64,000 bases of DNA, taken from positions 123,873-187,872 of the forward strand of contig CAVVIH010000008.1 in NCBI GenBank assembly GCA_963748295.1, in the 5' to 3' direction. This DNA is from an uncultured Acidobacteriota bacterium. Its GTDB lineage: Bacteria; Acidobacteriota; Vicinamibacteria; Vicinamibacterales; 2-12-FULL-66-21. Below are positions 28,732 through 42,184 of this stretch, one piece after another; position 1 is the first letter of the stretch; each line of letters begins with the position of its first letter. Below the pieces are notes generated by a model. That model was not told the DNA's origin and did not search any database. It saw only the letters and a list, made by a program, of their open reading frames with translations. The translations under genes and the position numbers were made by a program.

Positions 28732-29353
28732 GGCCGTCATGGCTCGAACACTTCGGCAATCCGCGCCGCGCACCGACAAACGCGACGCCATCCTCCGCGC
28801 CGCCATCGATACGTTCGCGGCGCGCGGCTTCTTCAACGCCCAGGTCGCCGATGTCGCGCGCGCGGCCGGCGTCGCCGCCGGCACCGTGTATCTCTACTTC
28901 CGCGGCAAGGACGACCTGCTCATCTCGATCTTCGAACGCACGATGACCGAGGCCATCGCCGAGGGACGCGAGATCGTCGGCAGGCTCGACGATCCCGGCG
29001 ATCGGCTGCGCGAGATCGCGCGGCTGCACCTGAATCGTCTCGGACGCGACCGCTCGCTCGCCATCGTGTTCCAGGTCGAGCTCCGGCAGTCCACGAAGTT
29101 CATGGAGCGGTTCTCCGCCACGCAGCTGCGCGAGTACCTCGGCATCATTCGCGACGTCGTCGCTGATGGACAGTCGCGCGGCACGTTTCGCACGGGCGTG
29201 AATCCGACGCTCGCGGCCAAGCTGTTTTTCGGCGCGCTCGACGAGATGGCCACGAACTGGATCCTGAGCCGCCGCAGATACGCGCTCGCGTCCGAAGCCG
29301 ACGCCATCGTCGATCTCTTCGTCGGCGGATTGGCGGGGCCCCGCGAGCACTAG
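28730..29353 (+). CDS. fadR: TetR family regulator, Bacillus FadR (YsiA)-like
   Basis: KRDAILRAAIDTFAARGF, VAAGTVYLYF, FQVELRQS, FGALDEMATNWIL; heads a beta-oxidation operon. Confidence 0.82.
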   Translation: MAVMARTLRQSAPRTDKRDAILRAAIDTFAARGFFNAQVADVARAAGVAAGTVYLYFRGKDDLLISIFERTMTEAIAEGREIVGRLDDPGDRLREIARLHLNRLGRDRSLAIVFQVELRQSTKFMERFSATQLREYLGIIRDVVADGQSRGTFRTGVNPTLAAKLFFGALDEMATNWILSRRRYALASEADAIVDLFVGGLAGPREH

Positions 29354-29356
29354 AAA

Positions 29357-31618
29357 ATGCATATTCGATCAGTTGCTGTGCTCGGCGCCGGTACGATGGG
29401 TGCGCAGATCGCAGCGCATTTCGCCAACGCCGGCGTTCCCGCGCTGCTGCTCGACGTCAGCCGCGACGCGGCGCGCGCCGGCCTCGAGCGGGCACGGACG
29501 CTGAAGCCCGACCCGTTTTTCACGCCCGAGGCGCAGACGCTCGTTCGCACCGGAAGCTTCGACGAAGACCTCGCCGCAATTGGCGAGGCCGACTGGATCG
29601 TCGAAGCAGTGGTAGAGCGCGCGGACATCAAGCGCGCGCTGCTCGAGCGCGTCGAACAGCACCGGCGCGCGGATGCGATCGTCAGCTCGAACACATCGGG
29701 GATCCCGATTGCTTCGCTGGCCGAAGGGCGAAGCGACGCGTTCAGGCGTCACTGGCTCGGCACGCACTTCTTCAACCCTCCGCGTTATCTGCATCTGCTC
29801 GAGCTGATCCCGACCGCCGAGACGGCATCCGATGTCCTCGACACGGTTGCCGCCTTCTCCGATCACCGGCTGGGCAAGGGTGTGGTGATCGCGAAAGACA
29901 CGCCGAATTTCATCGCGAATCATCTCGGACTCTACGGCGTTGCGCTCGTGCTGCGCGCGTTGAGGAGCGGCGAATACACCGTCGAGGAGATCGACGCGAT
30001 CACCGGTCCGGCGATCGGCAGGCCGAAGAGCGCCACGTTCAGAACGATCGACATCGCCGGCATCGACGTCCTCGCCCACGTCGCGCGGAATCTCGCCGAG
30101 CGGCTGGACGATCCCGGGGCGCGCTCGATGTTCGATCTCGGACCGCTCGTCACCGACATGGTCGAGCGCGGATGGACCGGCGTGAAGACAGGACAAGGCT
30201 TCTACCGGCGCGACGCAAACGGCGAGATCCTGACGCTCGATCCGGCCAGCATGTCGTTTCGCGCCAGGCTGTCGCCGCGCCTGCCCTCGCTCGACGCGGC
30301 GCGATCCATCGAGGATCCCGCCGAACGCATCCGGACCCTGTTCCTCGGCAAGGACAAAGTCGGCTCGTTCCTGCGCGACACGCTCGGTCAGACGCTGCTC
30401 TACGCGGCGCGTGTCACTCCCGCCATCGCGCATTCAATCGACGACGTCGACCGGGCGATGCGCTGGGGATTCGGCTGGGATCTCGGGCCGTTCGAAACCT
30501 GGGACGCGATCGGCGTGCAGCGAGTCATCGATGCCTGCGGCATGACCGATCTGCCGCCGCTCGTCCTCGAAGCGCGGCAGCGCGGCGGTTTCCGCCCCGG
30601 AGCGTCGCTCCCGCCGGCGGCGCCGGACCTCCGGGTGCTGCAAACATCGAAGTCCCGTGTGGTGAGAAAGAACGCGGGCGCCAGCCTCGTGGACATCGGC
30701 GACGGCGTGCTCGCGGTCGAGTTCCACTCGAAGATGAACGCCATCGGCGGCGACACGATCGAGATGCTCCACGCCGGCGTCAAGGAAGCCTCCTCGAATT
30801 TCCGCGCGCTGGTCGTCGGCAACGAAGCGGTCAACTTCTCCGCCGGCGCCAACCTGATGCTCCTCCTGCTCGAAGCGCAGGAAGGCAACTGGGAAGAGAT
30901 CGACATGATGATCCGCGCCTTCCAGGGCGCGACGATGGCGCTGAAGTACGCGCCGGTGCCGGTGATCGTCGCGCCGGCAGGGCTCGCGCTCGGAGGCGGA
31001 TGCGAAATCGTCCTGCATGCCGATCGCGTGCAGGCAGCCGCGGAGAGCTACATCGGGCTCGTCGAGGTCGGTGTGGGACTGATTCCCGCAGGCGGCGGCA
31101 CCAAGGAGATGCTCGCGCGGGCGATGGAGGACGCGCCGGCAGGCGTCGACGCGCTCCCTTACGTCCAGCGCGTGTTCGAAACCATCGGCTTCGGCAAGGT
31201 CGGCACGAGCGCGCCACACGCGCGCCGCCTCGGCTATCTTCGCGAACTCGACAGCGTCACCATGAACCGGGAGCGCCTGATTGCCGACGCGCGCGCGCTC
31301 GCGGTGGCGCGCGCGGCCGATTACGTCCAGCCGCAGCCGCGCAAGGCGATAAGGGTCGGCGGCGAGGGCCTGCTTGCCGCGCTGAAGCTCGGCGTCCATC
31401 TCGCGTGGCGCGCCGGACGCATCAGCGATCACGATGCGCTCATCGGCCGCAAGCTGGCGTGGATCCTTGCCGGCGGCAACCTGCCGCATGCGGCGACGCT
31501 GTCCGAGCAGCAGGTGCTCGACCTCGAACGGGAAGCGTTCCTGAGCCTCTGCGGCGAGCGCAAGACGCAGGAGCGCATTGCCTACACGTTGAAAACCGGG
31601 AAGACGCTGAGGAACTGA
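29357..31618 (+). CDS. fadN: 3-hydroxyacyl-CoA dehydrogenase/enoyl-CoA hydratase (FadN-type)
   Basis: VLGAGTMG, SSNTSGI, HFFNPPRY, FHSKMNA, GLVEVGVGLIPAGGG, GKTLRN end. Confidence 0.9.
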   Translation: MHIRSVAVLGAGTMGAQIAAHFANAGVPALLLDVSRDAARAGLERARTLKPDPFFTPEAQTLVRTGSFDEDLAAIGEADWIVEAVVERADIKRALLERVEQHRRADAIVSSNTSGIPIASLAEGRSDAFRRHWLGTHFFNPPRYLHLLELIPTAETASDVLDTVAAFSDHRLGKGVVIAKDTPNFIANHLGLYGVALVLRALRSGEYTVEEIDAITGPAIGRPKSATFRTIDIAGIDVLAHVARNLAERLDDPGARSMFDLGPLVTDMVERGWTGVKTGQGFYRRDANGEILTLDPASMSFRARLSPRLPSLDAARSIEDPAERIRTLFLGKDKVGSFLRDTLGQTLLYAARVTPAIAHSIDDVDRAMRWGFGWDLGPFETWDAIGVQRVIDACGMTDLPPLVLEARQRGGFRPGASLPPAAPDLRVLQTSKSRVVRKNAGASLVDIGDGVLAVEFHSKMNAIGGDTIEMLHAGVKEASSNFRALVVGNEAVNFSAGANLMLLLLEAQEGNWEEIDMMIRAFQGATMALKYAPVPVIVAPAGLALGGGCEIVLHADRVQAAAESYIGLVEVGVGLIPAGGGTKEMLARAMEDAPAGVDALPYVQRVFETIGFGKVGTSAPHARRLGYLRELDSVTMNRERLIADARALAVARAADYVQPQPRKAIRVGGEGLLAALKLGVHLAWRAGRISDHDALIGRKLAWILAGGNLPHAATLSEQQVLDLEREAFLSLCGERKTQERIAYTLKTGKTLRN

Positions 31619-31620
31619 CC

Positions 31621-32400
31621 GTGTTCGATCGTGGCTCCGGCCCGCCCGTCATTGTCGTGCCCGGGGTGCAGGGGCGATGGGAATGGATGCGTCCCGCGCT
31701 CGACGCGCTGAGCCGGCGCTGCAGGGCTGTGTCGTACTCGCTTTCCGGTGATATCGGGTCGGGATCGTCGATGGACAGCGGACAGGACTTTGACAGCTAT
31801 ATCCGTCAGCTCGACGGAATCCTCGAGCGGACCGCGATCGATCGCGCGGTGGTTTGCGGCGTCTCGTACGGCGGCCTGATCGCGCTCAGGTATGCCGCGC
31901 TTCGGCCCGACCGCGTCACCGGACTTGCCATCGTCTCGGCGCCGGCGCCAGGCTGGGAGCCGTCCGCACGGCAGGCGACGTGGCTCGCGCGACCGTGGCT
32001 GTCGGCGCCGGCGTTCGTGGCAGGCGGACCGTTTCGTCTGTGGCCCGAGATCCGCACGGCGCTTCCGCAGGCGCCAACGCGCCTCCGGTTCGCGGTTGCG
32101 CACGGGCTGCGGGTCATGCGGGCGCCGATGATTCCGCCATTGATGGCGCTTCGCATCCGCCAGCAGCAGGAAGTGGACTTCCGCGCGGACTGCGAGCGCG
32201 TCAACGTCCGGACCCTCGTGATAACCGGCGACGAAGACCTCGACCGCGTCGTGCCGGTGGAGGTCACACAACGTTATTGCACGCTGATTCCGTCGTCGCG
32301 CTATGTGAGGATGACCGGAACGGGTCATATCGGGTTGATCACGCAACCCGAGCGCTTCGCACGAATCGTTGGTGAATTCGCCGATGGCAACCATAACTGA
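31621..32400 (+). CDS. Alpha/beta hydrolase
   Basis: GTG start; GVSYGG nucleophile elbow, ITGDEDLD, GTGH. Confidence 0.82.
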   Translation: MFDRGSGPPVIVVPGVQGRWEWMRPALDALSRRCRAVSYSLSGDIGSGSSMDSGQDFDSYIRQLDGILERTAIDRAVVCGVSYGGLIALRYAALRPDRVTGLAIVSAPAPGWEPSARQATWLARPWLSAPAFVAGGPFRLWPEIRTALPQAPTRLRFAVAHGLRVMRAPMIPPLMALRIRQQQEVDFRADCERVNVRTLVITGDEDLDRVVPVEVTQRYCTLIPSSRYVRMTGTGHIGLITQPERFARIVGEFADGNHN

Positions 32401-33043
32401 TCTGACCGGTCCGGCCGGCCGGCTCGAGGCGGTGCTGGAGCCGCCCGCGGACGGCCGTGCCGATGGCGCCATCCGCGGGGCGGTCGTGTTCGCGCATCCG
32501 CATCCGCAGTTCGGCGGGACGATGCACACGAAGGCGGTGTATCAGGGAGCCAAGGGTCTGTCGCGAATCGGGTGCGCGGTGCTGCGGTTCAATTTCCGCG
32601 GCGTCGGCCACAGCGAGGGGCAATTCGATCAGGGCGACGGGGAAAAGCAGGATTTCGGCGCCGCGACCGATTACATGGCGAAGCGTCATCCCGGCGCGCG
32701 CATCTGGGCGGCCGGCTTCTCGTTCGGCGCCTGGGTCGCGCTCGAGGCCGGCGCGGCCGACGATCGCGTGTCGGCGCTGATCGGCATCGCCCCGCCGGTC
32801 GCCACGTCGGTCTCGGGAATGCAGTACTCGTTTCCACTCACGCTGGAAAGCACGAAGCCGAAGTTCTTCGTGCAGGGCGAGGCGGATGAGGTGTGTCCCC
32901 TCGAGGCGCTGTGGCGCTTCTACGGCCAGCTGAAGGAACCGAAAGAGATCGTGGTGATTGACGGCGCCGATCATCTCTTCGAGGGAAAAACGTCCGAGGT
33001 CGGCGAGGCGTTGGAGGATCTGCTCGGGGACTACGAGGATTGA
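32384..33043 (+). CDS. Alpha/beta hydrolase
   Basis: HPHPQFGGTM, RFNFRGVG, GFSFG, GEADE, GADHLF. Confidence 0.88.
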   Translation: MATITDLTGPAGRLEAVLEPPADGRADGAIRGAVVFAHPHPQFGGTMHTKAVYQGAKGLSRIGCAVLRFNFRGVGHSEGQFDQGDGEKQDFGAATDYMAKRHPGARIWAAGFSFGAWVALEAGAADDRVSALIGIAPPVATSVSGMQYSFPLTLESTKPKFFVQGEADEVCPLEALWRFYGQLKEPKEIVVIDGADHLFEGKTSEVGEALEDLLGDYED

Positions 33044-33046
33044 ACC

Positions 33047-34210
<1,164 letters not shown>

Positions 34211-34212
34211 AC

Positions 34213-34246
34213 ATCCCGGGCCCCGGCCCCTTGCCCCAGGCCCCGT
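34213..34246. repeat. Short GCCCCNN heptamer-like run
   Basis: atcccgg gccccg gcccctt gccccag gccccgt. Confidence 0.55.
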
Positions 34247-34257
34247 AAGGAGCATCA

Positions 34258-36003
<1,746 letters not shown>

Positions 36004-36004
36004 G

Positions 36005-36598
36005 ATGACGCGCCGGATCGCGGCACTGATGCTGGCGGCCGCTCTGGTGGCCGCCTGCAGCGGCCGCGAGCTCACCTACGACGAGGAAATCGCCGGCTGG
36101 CGGGCGGAGAAGGACCGCTACATGCGCTCCCAGGAATCGCCGGTCCCGGCGGAGCGCCGCGAGTCGTTCGCGCCGCTCCCCTACTTCCACGTCTCGCCGG
36201 CGTATCGCATTCCAGCCGGCCTCGAGGTCATCAAGGCCGAAGAGATCATCGAGATGTCGCTATCGTCCGGCGCGCGGCGGCGGATGCGCCGGGTCGGCGT
36301 GCTCGGCTTCACGCTGCAGGGACAGCAGATGAAGCTCACCGCCTTCGTCGACGCCACCGAAAACGACATGAGCCGCCTGTTCGTGCCGTTCGGCGACCTC
36401 ACCAACGGCACCGAAACGTATCAGGGCGGGCGGTATCTCGATCTGGATCGCACCGCAACCGGCATCTACGACCTGGATTTCAACCGCGCCTACCATCCGT
36501 TCTGCGTCTTCAACCACGAGTACGTGTGTCCCGTCCCGCCGCGCGAGAACCGCTTGAAGGTCCCGATCCGCGCCGGCGAGAGGCTGCCAGCCTCATGA
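36005..36598 (+). CDS. DUF1684 lipoprotein
   Basis: Lipobox VAAC; PFGDLTNGTETYQGGRYL, LDFNRAYHPFC, CPVPPREN, IRAGE. Confidence 0.9.
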   Translation: MTRRIAALMLAAALVAACSGRELTYDEEIAGWRAEKDRYMRSQESPVPAERRESFAPLPYFHVSPAYRIPAGLEVIKAEEIIEMSLSSGARRRMRRVGVLGFTLQGQQMKLTAFVDATENDMSRLFVPFGDLTNGTETYQGGRYLDLDRTATGIYDLDFNRAYHPFCVFNHEYVCPVPPRENRLKVPIRAGERLPAS

Positions 36599-37257
36599 TT
36601 TCCGCGCTCGTGTTCGACTTCGACGGCGTCCTCGCCGACTCGGAGCCGCTGCACCTGGCGGCGACGCAGGACGTGCTCGCGTCGATCGGCGCGGCGCTCC
36701 CGCGCGAGGAGTACTACGCCGACTATCTCGGATATGACGATGCGGGGATGTTTCGCGCGTTGTCGGACGCGCGAGGCTGGGGGCTGACGAGCGGGCAGAT
36801 CGAAACGCTGATCGCCGAAAAGGCGCTCGCGCTCGAGGCGATCATCAGCGGCACGGATGTCCTCTATCCATCGACGCCCGACTGCGTCCGCCGGCTCGCG
36901 GCCGACTGGCCGCTCGGCATCGCGTCGGGCGCGTTCCGCCACGAAATCGAGGCCATCCTCCGGCGCGGCGGCATCGATCGCTACTTCAAGTTCATCGTCG
37001 GCGCCGGTGACACGCCGGAAAGCAAGCCCCAGCCAGGTCCGTACCGCCGGGCCGCGCAGCTGCACGGCGCCGATCCCGGATCCTGCCTGGCGATCGAGGA
37101 TTCCCGCTTCGGCATCGAGTCGGCGAAGTCCGCCGGCCTGTGGTGCGTCGGCATCACCACCACCTACCCGGTCTCCGAGCTGATGGCCGCCGACGCGGTC
37201 ATCGCCAGCCTCGACGAGCTCACGCCGGAACTGATCCGATCGTTCGGGACCGGTTAG
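36595..37257 (+). CDS. HAD family phosphatase
   Basis: FDFDGVLADS, KPQPGPY, IEDSRFG. Confidence 0.9.
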   Translation: MISALVFDFDGVLADSEPLHLAATQDVLASIGAALPREEYYADYLGYDDAGMFRALSDARGWGLTSGQIETLIAEKALALEAIISGTDVLYPSTPDCVRRLAADWPLGIASGAFRHEIEAILRRGGIDRYFKFIVGAGDTPESKPQPGPYRRAAQLHGADPGSCLAIEDSRFGIESAKSAGLWCVGITTTYPVSELMAADAVIASLDELTPELIRSFGTG

Positions 37258-37268
37258 AATCAGCGGCA

Positions 37269-38198
37269 GTGACTTTCGCCTTGCATCTGCAGCCGAGGGC
37301 CGTCCAGGTCGCGCGGGAGCTCGAGCGCGCGCTCGACGCGCCCGGCGAGGGTCTTGGCGCCGCCGCGCTCGCGATCGCGAGAGTGGAATACCCGTCGCTC
37401 GACCCGGCCCGCTATCTCGACGAGCTCCACGAGATGTCCGAAGAGGCGGCGGCGAGGATCAAGGGCGCTGCCGCCACCGACGCGGCGATCCACGCGTTCA
37501 ACGAGTACCTCTACGACGAGAAAGGCTTCTGCGGAAATCGCCAGAGCTACGACGACCCGCGGAACAGCTTCCTCAACGAGGTGCTGGAACGGCGCACCGG
37601 GATTCCAATCAGCCTGGCGGTGGTCTACATGGAAGTGGCGCGGCGGGCGGGCCTCCGCGTCGCCGGTGTCAACTTTCCCGGGCATTTCCTGCTGCGCGTC
37701 CCGGTGGATCTCGACGGAACGTCATCGGTCGACGAGCAGTTCCTCATCATCGATCCGTTTCACGGCGGCGCCCGGCTGTCGGAGATCGATTGCCGCGAGC
37801 TGCTCAGCCAGCACGTCGGCGACGAAGCGGCGTTCGATGCCTCGCTGCTCGCGCCGGCCACCCGCCACGACATCGTCGTGCGGATGCTGGTGAACCTGAA
37901 GCGGCTCTACGTCCGCATGCGATCGTTTCCGCACGCGCGGTTCATCTCGGATCTGCTGCTCGCGGTGGATCCGTCGGCGATCGCCGAGCTGCGCGACCGC
38001 GGCCTGCTGGCCTATCACCTCGAGGATTTTGCCGCGGCATTACGGGATCTCGAGGCCTACCTGCGGCTGGTGCCGAGGCACGCGGCACTGCCGGCGGCGC
38101 CGGCGCCCGATTCAGGCGGCGACCAGACGGAGAGCTACGACGCGCAGGTGTGGGAGCACGTGAAGACGCTGCGCAAGCGCGTCGCCGGGTTCAACTGA
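37269..38198 (+). CDS. SirB1 family (transglutaminase-like plus TPR) protein
   Basis: YDDPRNSFLNEVLERRTGIPISL, FPGHFLL, DPFHGG, RMLVNLK, RDRGLL. Confidence 0.9.
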   Translation: MTFALHLQPRAVQVARELERALDAPGEGLGAAALAIARVEYPSLDPARYLDELHEMSEEAAARIKGAAATDAAIHAFNEYLYDEKGFCGNRQSYDDPRNSFLNEVLERRTGIPISLAVVYMEVARRAGLRVAGVNFPGHFLLRVPVDLDGTSSVDEQFLIIDPFHGGARLSEIDCRELLSQHVGDEAAFDASLLAPATRHDIVVRMLVNLKRLYVRMRSFPHARFISDLLLAVDPSAIAELRDRGLLAYHLEDFAAALRDLEAYLRLVPRHAALPAAPAPDSGGDQTESYDAQVWEHVKTLRKRVAGFN

Positions 38199-38871
38199 GC
38201 CGCCAGCCAACCAGAGCCGACAGCCGCTGCAGCATCGTCGGATTCGTGCGCGCGAGCGTCGCCTGCTCGAGGATCTCGAGCGCCTCGGCGATGTTGAACG
38301 CCGGAGCGATGCCCATCTTCCGCGCTCCCTCGACCGCGCCATCGCTGGGGTTCGACGACACGAGAATCGTCCGGGCGGTCGCGTCGGCGACGACGTCGAG
38401 GCAGTGCTGCGTGCTGTCGTCGACGTGATAGTCGATGCTCAACGCGTGAATCGCGCGTCCACGCCAGCCGTTGAGCACGAACACCGAGGGAAGATCGAAG
38501 CCCTGCCCGACGAGCCAGCGTTGCGTCTGCCTCTGCACGGTCTCACCGGCAGTGGCGGGCCGCTGGGTCACGAAAAAGACTTCCCACTCGTAACGGAGGC
38601 TCAGCTCGTGGATGCGCGCAATCCCGGTCCTGTCGAGCGGCTCGAGCGTCAGCCAGAAGTCCGGCGTCTTCTCGATCTCGCGCCAGATGGCGTCGCGGCG
38701 CCCCTGGGAGCGTCGCGGCTCTTCCTGCTGCACCTGCTGCCCTTCTTCCGGCTCGGGGACGTCGGAACCGGCGGTTGCAGGCGGCCCGAACAGCTGCAGT
38801 TCGACCTTTCGGAACGCGCCGGCGAAGTCCGCGAGAACGCCGTCCAGATCGAAGCTGATCCTGAGAGGCAC
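38191..38871 (-). CDS. HAD-like protein (5'-nucleotidase NT5C-like)
   Basis: FDLDGVLADF, FVTQRP, TQRWL, YHVDD. Confidence 0.7.
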   Translation of the reverse strand: MPLRISFDLDGVLADFAGAFRKVELQLFGPPATAGSDVPEPEEGQQVQQEEPRRSQGRRDAIWREIEKTPDFWLTLEPLDRTGIARIHELSLRYEWEVFFVTQRPATAGETVQRQTQRWLVGQGFDLPSVFVLNGWRGRAIHALSIDYHVDDSTQHCLDVVADATARTILVSSNPSDGAVEGARKMGIAPAFNIAEALEILEQATLARTNPTMLQRLSALVGWRLS

Positions 38872-38883
38872 GATTGACAGCTA

Positions 38884-40255
38884 TCAGCGCGTTCGCGCCA
38901 TCTCGTCGTAGAGGAACGCCGACGCAATCACACCGCCGTGGAAGTTTCCGAGATCGAGCTTCTCGTTCGGCGCGTGCGCATTCTCGTCAGGGAGGCCGAC
39001 GCCGAACAGCACCGACGGCAGGCCGAGGATCTCCTGGAACGTCGCGACGACCGGGATGGAGCCGCCTTCGCGGTTGAAGACGGGCGTCTTGCCGAAACCC
39101 TTCTCGATCGCGCGCCCGGCCGCCTGGACGAACGGGTTGTCGAAGTCGGTCATCCACGGCTTGCCGCCATGCATGCGCGTCACCTTCAGCTCCACGGTCT
39201 TCGGCGCCACCTTGCGCACGTACTCCTCGAACAGCTTCGCGATCTTGTCAGGATCCTGATCCGGCACGAGCCGCATGCTGACCTTGGCCATCGACACTGC
39301 GGGGATCACCGTCTTCGCCCCCTCGCCGGTGAAACCCGCGAGCAGCCCGTTGACCTCGAAGGTCGGACGTCCCCACACGCGCTCGAGCGTCGAGTATCCG
39401 GACTCGCCGAACAGCTTGGGCGCACCAAGCTCCTTGCGGTAACGCGTCTCGTTGAACGGGAGCTTCTTGAATTCGGCGCGCTCCTCGTCACGCAGCGGCC
39501 GGACATCGTCATAGAAGCCGGGGACCTTGATTCGGCCTCCCTTGTCCTTCATCTGCGCGAGCACCTGCGCGAGGACCATCGCCGGGTTGGCGACCGCGCC
39601 GCCAAACGAGCCGGAGTGGAGATCGCTCTTGGTGCCGCGAAGGTCGATCTGACAGTAGACCAGCCCGCGCAGGCCGTAGCAGATCGACGGGATGCCGCGG
39701 TCGAACATCGGCGAGTCGGAGATGACGACCACGTCTGCCCCGAGCTCGGACTGATGCGCCTTGATGAAGTTGTCGAGGTTCGCCGAGCCGACTTCCTCTT
39801 CGCCCTCGAGGATGATCTTCATGTTCACCGGCAGCCGGCCGTTCTGCTTCAAGTGCGCTTCGATCGCCTTGAAGTGCATGAACACCTGACCCTTGTCGTC
39901 GGCGGCGCCGCGCGCGTAGATCTCGCCGTCGCGGATGGTCGCTTCGAACGGCGGCGACTCCCACAGCTCGAGCGGATCCACCGGCTGCACGTCGTAGTGG
40001 CCGTAGAAGAGGATGGTCGGCGCGCCGGCGGCGCCGAGCCACTCGCCGTAGACGACGGGATTGCCGGGCGTTTCGATCAACCGTGACGTTCTGCAGGCCG
40101 ATCCGCCGCATTTCGTCGGCGGTCCATTCCGCGCCGCGCCTCACGTCGGCGGCGTGCTGCGGAAGGGCGCTGATCGTCGGAATCGCGAGGTACTCCTTCA
40201 GCTGGTCGACGTACCGGTCGCGGTTGGTGTTGATGAAGTCGATGACGTTGTTCAT
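38884..40255 (-). CDS. M20 family dipeptidase (frameshift near 40080)
   Basis: YGHYDVQP, ARGAADDKG, EGEEEVGS, GGSIP, AHAPNE. Confidence 0.92.
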
Positions 40256-40269
40256 AACAGTGCTTGTTA

Positions 40270-41106
40270 CTACGGTTTCTGCGGGACTTCAATCGGCAGG
40301 TCTTCCCGGTCGCCCCATTCCTTCCAGGATCCGACGTAGCTGCGGACTTTCGGGTAGCCGAGCAGCCGGAGCGCGACGTAGGAATGCGCCGCGCGGTAGC
40401 CGCCCTGGCAATAGGCGATGACATCCTTGTCGGGCGTGATGCCGGCCTGCTCGTACATCTTTTTCAACTCGTCGGCCGGCTTGAAATCGCCGCCGGGCGT
40501 CAGGTTCTGCGTCCATTCGATGTGCACCGCGCCGGGAATCGCGCCGCCGCGGCGCGCGCGGATCGTCGTCCCGCAGTATTCGCCGTCGCTCCGCGTGTCG
40601 AGCAGCGCCGCGCTGCTCTTGCCGATCGCGGCCTGGACGTCGCGCCACGTGGCAAGCGTCGAGGGCCGGCGCACGCCGGTCCAGTTGGTGGTGACGGCGG
40701 GAGGCGCGTCCCGAGTGACGGGCAATCGCTGTCTGGTCCACGCCCCGAACCCCCCGTCGAGCATTCGTGTCGTGGGATGACCGAGGTATTCGAGAAACCA
40801 GAACGCCCGCGCGGCACGAATGCCTGACTGCTCGTCGTAGACGACGACCGGCGTGCCGGCATCGACGCCATGCACCGCGAGCACGTGCTCGATCATCCAC
40901 ATGAACGCGTTCAGCGGCGCGTCATTGGTGTCGATGAGGCTCACGCCCCAGAGGTCGAGATGGATCGCGCCAGGGATGTGCCCGGCAGCGTACGCGTCGG
41001 GAGGCCGCAGGTCGAGGATCAGCACGCGTTTCGCCGAGTCGCCTTGCAGGATCTGATTCAGCTCGGATGGCTGGACCAGCAGGTCGGGATTCGCGTAACC
41101 CTTCAT
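40270..41106 (-). CDS. Two-domain rhodanese sulfurtransferase
   Basis: GHIPGA, LDGG, YCQGGYRA, YVGSWKEW. Confidence 0.92.
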   Translation of the reverse strand: MKGYANPDLLVQPSELNQILQGDSAKRVLILDLRPPDAYAAGHIPGAIHLDLWGVSLIDTNDAPLNAFMWMIEHVLAVHGVDAGTPVVVYDEQSGIRAARAFWFLEYLGHPTTRMLDGGFGAWTRQRLPVTRDAPPAVTTNWTGVRRPSTLATWRDVQAAIGKSSAALLDTRSDGEYCGTTIRARRGGAIPGAVHIEWTQNLTPGGDFKPADELKKMYEQAGITPDKDVIAYCQGGYRAAHSYVALRLLGYPKVRSYVGSWKEWGDREDLPIEVPQKP

Positions 41107-41176
41107 AAAAGATGAATAGTAGCATCGGGACTTGCGCGGACGCGCTCTGTGATGCAAAGTATAGAGGGAGGCTTGC

Positions 41177-41805
41177 ATGGACCTGCCGAGGGCTCTCGCG
41201 CAGATTCGCGACATTCACGCCGCGCTCGACCGAACCGCCGTGTACCGCGGCTATCGGCCGCGCCTGTCGCGGCATCGGGCGCCATCGGCGTCATCGCGGC
41301 TGCCGTTCAGCCGCCGTCGCTTGCCGCCACGGACCCCATCGGCTTCACCACCTACTGGATCGTCATTGCGCTGTTCACCGTCGCCCTCGGCTCGAGTGAG
41401 ATTGTCTACAACTACTTCGTGCGCGACGACGACCGGGCGCGGCGCGGAACCCGCGAGGCGCTCGGCCAGTTCCTCCCGGGCCTGGTGGCCGGCGTGTTGA
41501 TCACGGCTGCGATCGTCCTGAGCGATCGCGGGCTGGTCAGGCTTCTGCCGGCGTTCTGGGCGATCTGCTTCGCGCTCGGCACATTCGGATCGGTGCCGTA
41601 TCTTCCGCGGGGCTCCGCTGGCGTCGGCGCTTACTTTCTGGCGGCGGGCGCGTATCTCCTGTGGGTCGGACGGGATTTGAACGCCATCTCCGGATGGCAC
41701 GTCGGCGCGATATTCGGCGCCGGACTATTCATGGCCGCGGGCGTTCTGTATGCGTTCGAGCGCCAGTCAACGAGAGGCAGCAATGATTCGGAAGAAGAAG
41801 ACTGA
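41177..41805 (+). CDS. Hypothetical multi-pass membrane protein (frameshift near 41260)
   Basis: MDLPRALAQIRDIH...YRGYR joined to a TM-rich ORF; GGAGG SD. Confidence 0.7.
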
Positions 41806-42184
41806 TAGGGGCGATCAGTCGGGCAGGTTCGCATACGAGGGGCTCGAGCGCGTCCTTCACGAGAAGGCGAGGCTGGGCATCATGACGTCTCTCGTGATGC
41901 ACCCCGAAGGGGTGACGTTCTCCGAGCTGAAACGCCTGTGTGCCCTCACCGACGGCAATCTCAGCAGGCATCTCGAGGTGTTGCGAGAGGCCGCGCTCGT
42001 CGAGGTCTGGAAGGGATTCGACAACCGGAGGCCGCAGACGCTCTGCCGGCTGTCGCCGGAGGGCCGCACGCGGTTCCTCGCCTATCTCGAAGAGCTCGAG
42101 CAGGTAATCAGGGATGCGATGCCGCGCGCCGCAAAGCGTGTCGAGCGGCTGCCCGAACTGCCGCCGGGATTTCAGCCGACCTGA
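41783..42184 (+). CDS. Winged-helix transcriptional regulator (HTH_34 type)
   Basis: LERVLHEKARLGIM, LTDGNLSRHL, GRTRFLAYLEELE. Confidence 0.88.
   Translation: MIRKKKTDRGDQSGRFAYEGLERVLHEKARLGIMTSLVMHPEGVTFSELKRLCALTDGNLSRHLEVLREAALVEVWKGFDNRRPQTLCRLSPEGRTRFLAYLEELEQVIRDAMPRAAKRVERLPELPPGFQPT

Noticed and set aside
30172-32400. Long Arg/Ala/Pro-rich alternative-frame and antisense ORFs (this one and, e.g., 11388..13334, 34255..36075, 59347..60903)
   Set aside because: These are shadow ORFs typical of high-GC DNA that overlap well-supported genes. Only 31621-32400 of this ORF is a real gene.
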